Of a DNA stretch of 64,000 bases, positions 60,647-64,000 are shown piece by piece (position 1 is the stretch's first letter; each line of letters begins with the position of its first letter). Under the pieces are notes generated by a model. The model was not told the origin of the DNA. It ran no database searches and was given only the letters and a program-made list of their open reading frames with translations. Position numbers and translations under genes: made by a program. Origin of the DNA: Anthoceros angustus (lineage: Eukaryota; Plantae; Anthocerotophyta); assembly GCA_010909165.1 (NCBI GenBank), contig MU008180.1, positions 371,884 to 435,883 on the forward strand, written 5' to 3'.

Positions 60647-63600
60647 ATGGATGGGGACGAAGCTGCAAGTTCTGAGGGAAATGTGATTCCGACTCAGCTG
60701 ATGGAGCCGGGGGATATCCGGTACACGCAGTCCTCAATCTCGCCGGTCTTCTCCAAGAGGAGGGCGCCGGCCGCTTGCGCCTCCTACTCGGCTGCCGTGA
60801 AGCACCACGATGGGGGAGGGACGTTGGAGGGCATGCTGAAGCAGCTCCGGAGTGGTGACTTGGCTGTCACGGATGTGCCACCGATTCGAGTGGTGATGCG
60901 CGATGGCGTCCCCTACAGCCTGGACAATAGGAGGCTTTGGGTTTTCAAGGAGCTTGGGAAGCCAATTCCGGTACAAGTGGTCGCCTTGGATGACCGCGAG
61001 AAGGAGTTTTTCCGAAAGTGGGACTCGCAAGGCTCGGGGAAGAGCGTGTCCATTTCCGGGAAGTCGGAGCGAGACGAGAAGTATCACCCAACGCCGATGG
61101 TGAACGAAGTCCTGACCTGGTGTCTGGACAACGTGCAGAGCACGAAGATGTACGAGAACAAGGTAGTGTGCACATTGGGTAAATTTGCACGCAATTGCCT
61201 TGTTGCGGTCATTGTTGCACTGTGAAGTGATTGTTGTTTTGTGAGGGAGAGGAACGAGTCTGATCATGCGGTCGCCGGGACTGAGTGTGGGATTTTGGGT
61301 GCACTGTGCGGGGGACAGGCAAAGCCAATTGGGCTGACGTTCGAGTCTCTGGAGCGGTATCTGAAGGGCTTTAAGTGGGCTTTGCTGGAGGAGACAAGAG
61401 CCAGCGTTGAACAGCAGCTGGAGGATATAGGAGCTGCCCCTCGTTTCCAGGTCTCGGCGCGACAACTCAAAGGTTTGCGTGGTGGGGCTAAGTTCAAGAC
61501 CTTCGAGCTGACGGTCCCAGAAGGGACTTACCAGCCCAGGACCAAGGATCTGGTTCTGTTCTCAACAGTATGGCCTGAGGGTCTCCACGACCTTAACAGG
61601 GCGACCTACATGTTTGGTTCTCTGAGGCAGAACTTCGAGGCTGAGGGCTCTAACGATAACTTGAGGTTCAGTGCTCATGTCCATGCACCAGATTATAGTC
61701 CCGAGTCTGTTGCTCTTCTGGACGACAAGGCAACATGGACTGTTCTTCACATCACCAACTTAGCTACCAAGTTGAGGATTTGGGACACTTTGGCGTCTCT
61801 GTATGAGGATCCTACACCTCAAGAAGGTGCAGGACCAGTACTGCAAGAGGTTATCCGGGCGGAGTTGGACTGCTGGGTATGCCCAACAGACGCTTTAGAG
61901 AAATGTCTGATCATGAGAATCGTTTGCACAAATGTCTGATCATGAGCCCTGCTGCACTGTTTGTTTTCAGACAACCTGATCATGAGCGGGGATGGGTTTC
62001 TAAAAGCTGGCCTGGTCTTTGTTATGTACACAGGTTCCAAGTTGCCAACGTATGGCGTTTGATGAAGTAGAGCTGCCAGTGAGAACCTACTGTGAAGATG
62101 TCAGATCCATGAATCAGTCCCAAGTGGAAGCCGTTATACATGCGGTGTCTGGACTTGTGAACAGAGTTGCACCTCGAGTAAGACTCATACAAGGACCACC
62201 AGGGACGGGAAAGACTTCCATGCTGGTCTCTTTATTGTCTATACTTGGCAGCATGAGTTACAGAGTCCACATGTCTGCACCAACCAACACAGCCATTTGT
62301 GAGGTTGCTTCCAGGTTTGTTTCACAGATGTTGGTCCGTGAGCAGAAGCAAGTACAGTTTGGTGCCTGTTTTCCACGTGTGGTGGTTCGTGGCGAAGGAA
62401 GCAGGGTGTTGAATTTGGGAGACGTAGTACTTGTTGGGAGCGAAGAGGGAATAGACCTCGAGACCCATGAAGTGCTGGAAAGGATTTATCTGCCCCGCAG
62501 GGTGAGCAGATTGTTGGAGGCCTTGTCTTGTATCACTGGCTATAAGAAATGTGCCGAGGCTCTCAGGAACTTCCTGAAATGTGCGTTATCAGAATTCGAG
62601 AGGTATACCCAATACACCCGTGACGACGGTGAGGAGCCACTGTCATTAGTCAATTTCGTGAGGAAAAATTTGAAGGTCCTCAGTTCGTCTGTGATCCGCC
62701 AGTCTCATACTCTAATCCAAGACGTGCCAAGCGTCTTTCTTACCTCTGAAACAAGGGAGAGGTTTTATCAAGCTTCACTCCTCACAGAGTATGTGGTTGC
62801 GTATTTCAATACGCAGGATTTTTCTGATGAAGAAATAAGTATATTGCTGTCCCCTACACCCGCCAAACTTGGTCGTGTATCAGGGATACTTGATATGAAG
62901 TTGCTGAATTTTGAGGATTTTGTGAAAGTGAAAAATGATCTTCTTCAGATTCTGGGCTCCTGTGGAGTGGACGGTTGTGGTATGGTTCCAGGAAATGTCC
63001 CCTCTGCAGGCCTTCTTGAAAATCTTTGTATGCGAAACTCCAAGATCCTGTTCAGTACGGTTTCGACAGGTGGCAAAAACTGTGTGCAGAGTTCTGGCAC
63101 CTTCGACTGTGTGATTATTGATGAAGCCTCCCAACTTGTGGAGGCAGAAACGTTGGTGGTGATGAATTCCCCCAAATTGCAACAAGTTTTGCTGGTCGGG
63201 GACCATAAACAGTTGGCACCCACGGTTCTCAGTCAGGTAACTTTCCTTGATAAGCAACCTTGCACACGTGCTTGGGCCAACTTCATGGGTCCGCTCCATT
63301 AACTTTCGAGGAAGCCTGAAAGTAGATGTTGGTAATCTCAGGTGGCGAAGAAGTGGGGATACGATCGCAGCCTCTTCACAAGACTCCACGAGCTAAAGCG
63401 TCCCTGCCAAATGCTGAATGTGCAGTATCGGATGCATCCAGACATCAGTCTTTTCCCTCATGAGAAATTTTACGCAGGAGATGTCAAGAATGGTCCCAAT
63501 GTTTTGTCAGAAGCGTATTCAATCAAGCCGATTCAAGACACATTCATGAAAACGTACAGCTTTCTGGATGTTTCAGATGGGACAGAGGAAATGGAGTTTG

Positions 63601-64000
63601 GACAACGCTCTTACACCAATTCGGTAGAAGTAGCGATTGTGATGCACTTGATTGACAAGCTCAACCAAGGTGAGTATAGTCATTGGTGCTGGCTGCCCTG
63701 TTTCTGAAATCTTGCTCACAAGAAGCAATGTTTCATGTGCGTGCTCTCGGTGCGGTTTCACCATCTTTCAAACCAATCAACGTTGACTGAGTGATCCGTT
63801 GTGCTCATCAGTTTGTGCAGCGAAGGATATTTTCCTGTCGGTTGGAGTAATAGCTCCATATCGAGGACAAGTAGAGGCGTTAGCCCGACGTCTTGATGGG
63901 GATGACAGACTCTTTTCCAACGTCACCGCTGAAGTGCGATCAGTTGACGGCTTCCAAGGCAGGGAGAAAGATGTCATCATTTTCTCTGCAGTTCGATCGA
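60647..64000 (+). CDS. Copy 3: apparently intact ParB/Srx-like domain + DUF6469 + SEN1/UPF1-like SF1 helicase (3' end outside window)
   Basis: Exons 60647-61162, 61319-61876, 62034-63236, 63342-63669 and 63812->64000 splice in frame with GT-AG and no stops. Motifs: [86 protein letters not shown]. Confidence 0.92.

Noticed and set aside
62034-64000. Calling the helicase UPF1, SEN1 or a Helitron helicase
   Set aside because: It lacks the UPF1 CH domain and SEN1 N-terminus, and has no Rep/HUH or Pif1 motifs. It matches the DUF6469 plant family, so no symbol was assigned.

Overview
Eukaryotic, spliced, TE-rich plant DNA. A non-seed land plant is likely; this is inferred from a PLS-type PPR remnant and a moss/algal-type Ty3 integrase. 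The host content is a tandem family of three + strand genes: copy 1 at 2135-~6990 (frameshifted), copy 2 at 56946-~59790 (nonsense-mutated pseudogene) and copy 3 at 60647->64000 (apparently intact). Each encodes an unusual ParB/sulfiredoxin-like N-terminal domain (IRYTQS..YSLDNRRLWVFKEL) fused to the plant DUF6469 + SEN1/UPF1-like SF1 helicase. Copy 1 continues into the start of a second, UvrD/TRANK1-like helicase module and carries an antisense tRNA-Leu(CAA) in an intron. Between copies 1 and 2 lies a ~50 kb TE nest. It holds a Copia whose matching LTRs are 39 kb apart, a CACTA whose transposase is split and half-inverted, an intron-containing Crypton-like tyrosine recombinase, Ty3/gypsy sequence including an integrase fused to a PHD finger, LINE remnants, and a young Copia with an intact TSD and non-canonical TG...CT LTRs. 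Many 0.1-1.1 kb tandem duplications and dense 1-nt indels may partly reflect assembly error. All family assignments come from manual motif recognition, not database searches.
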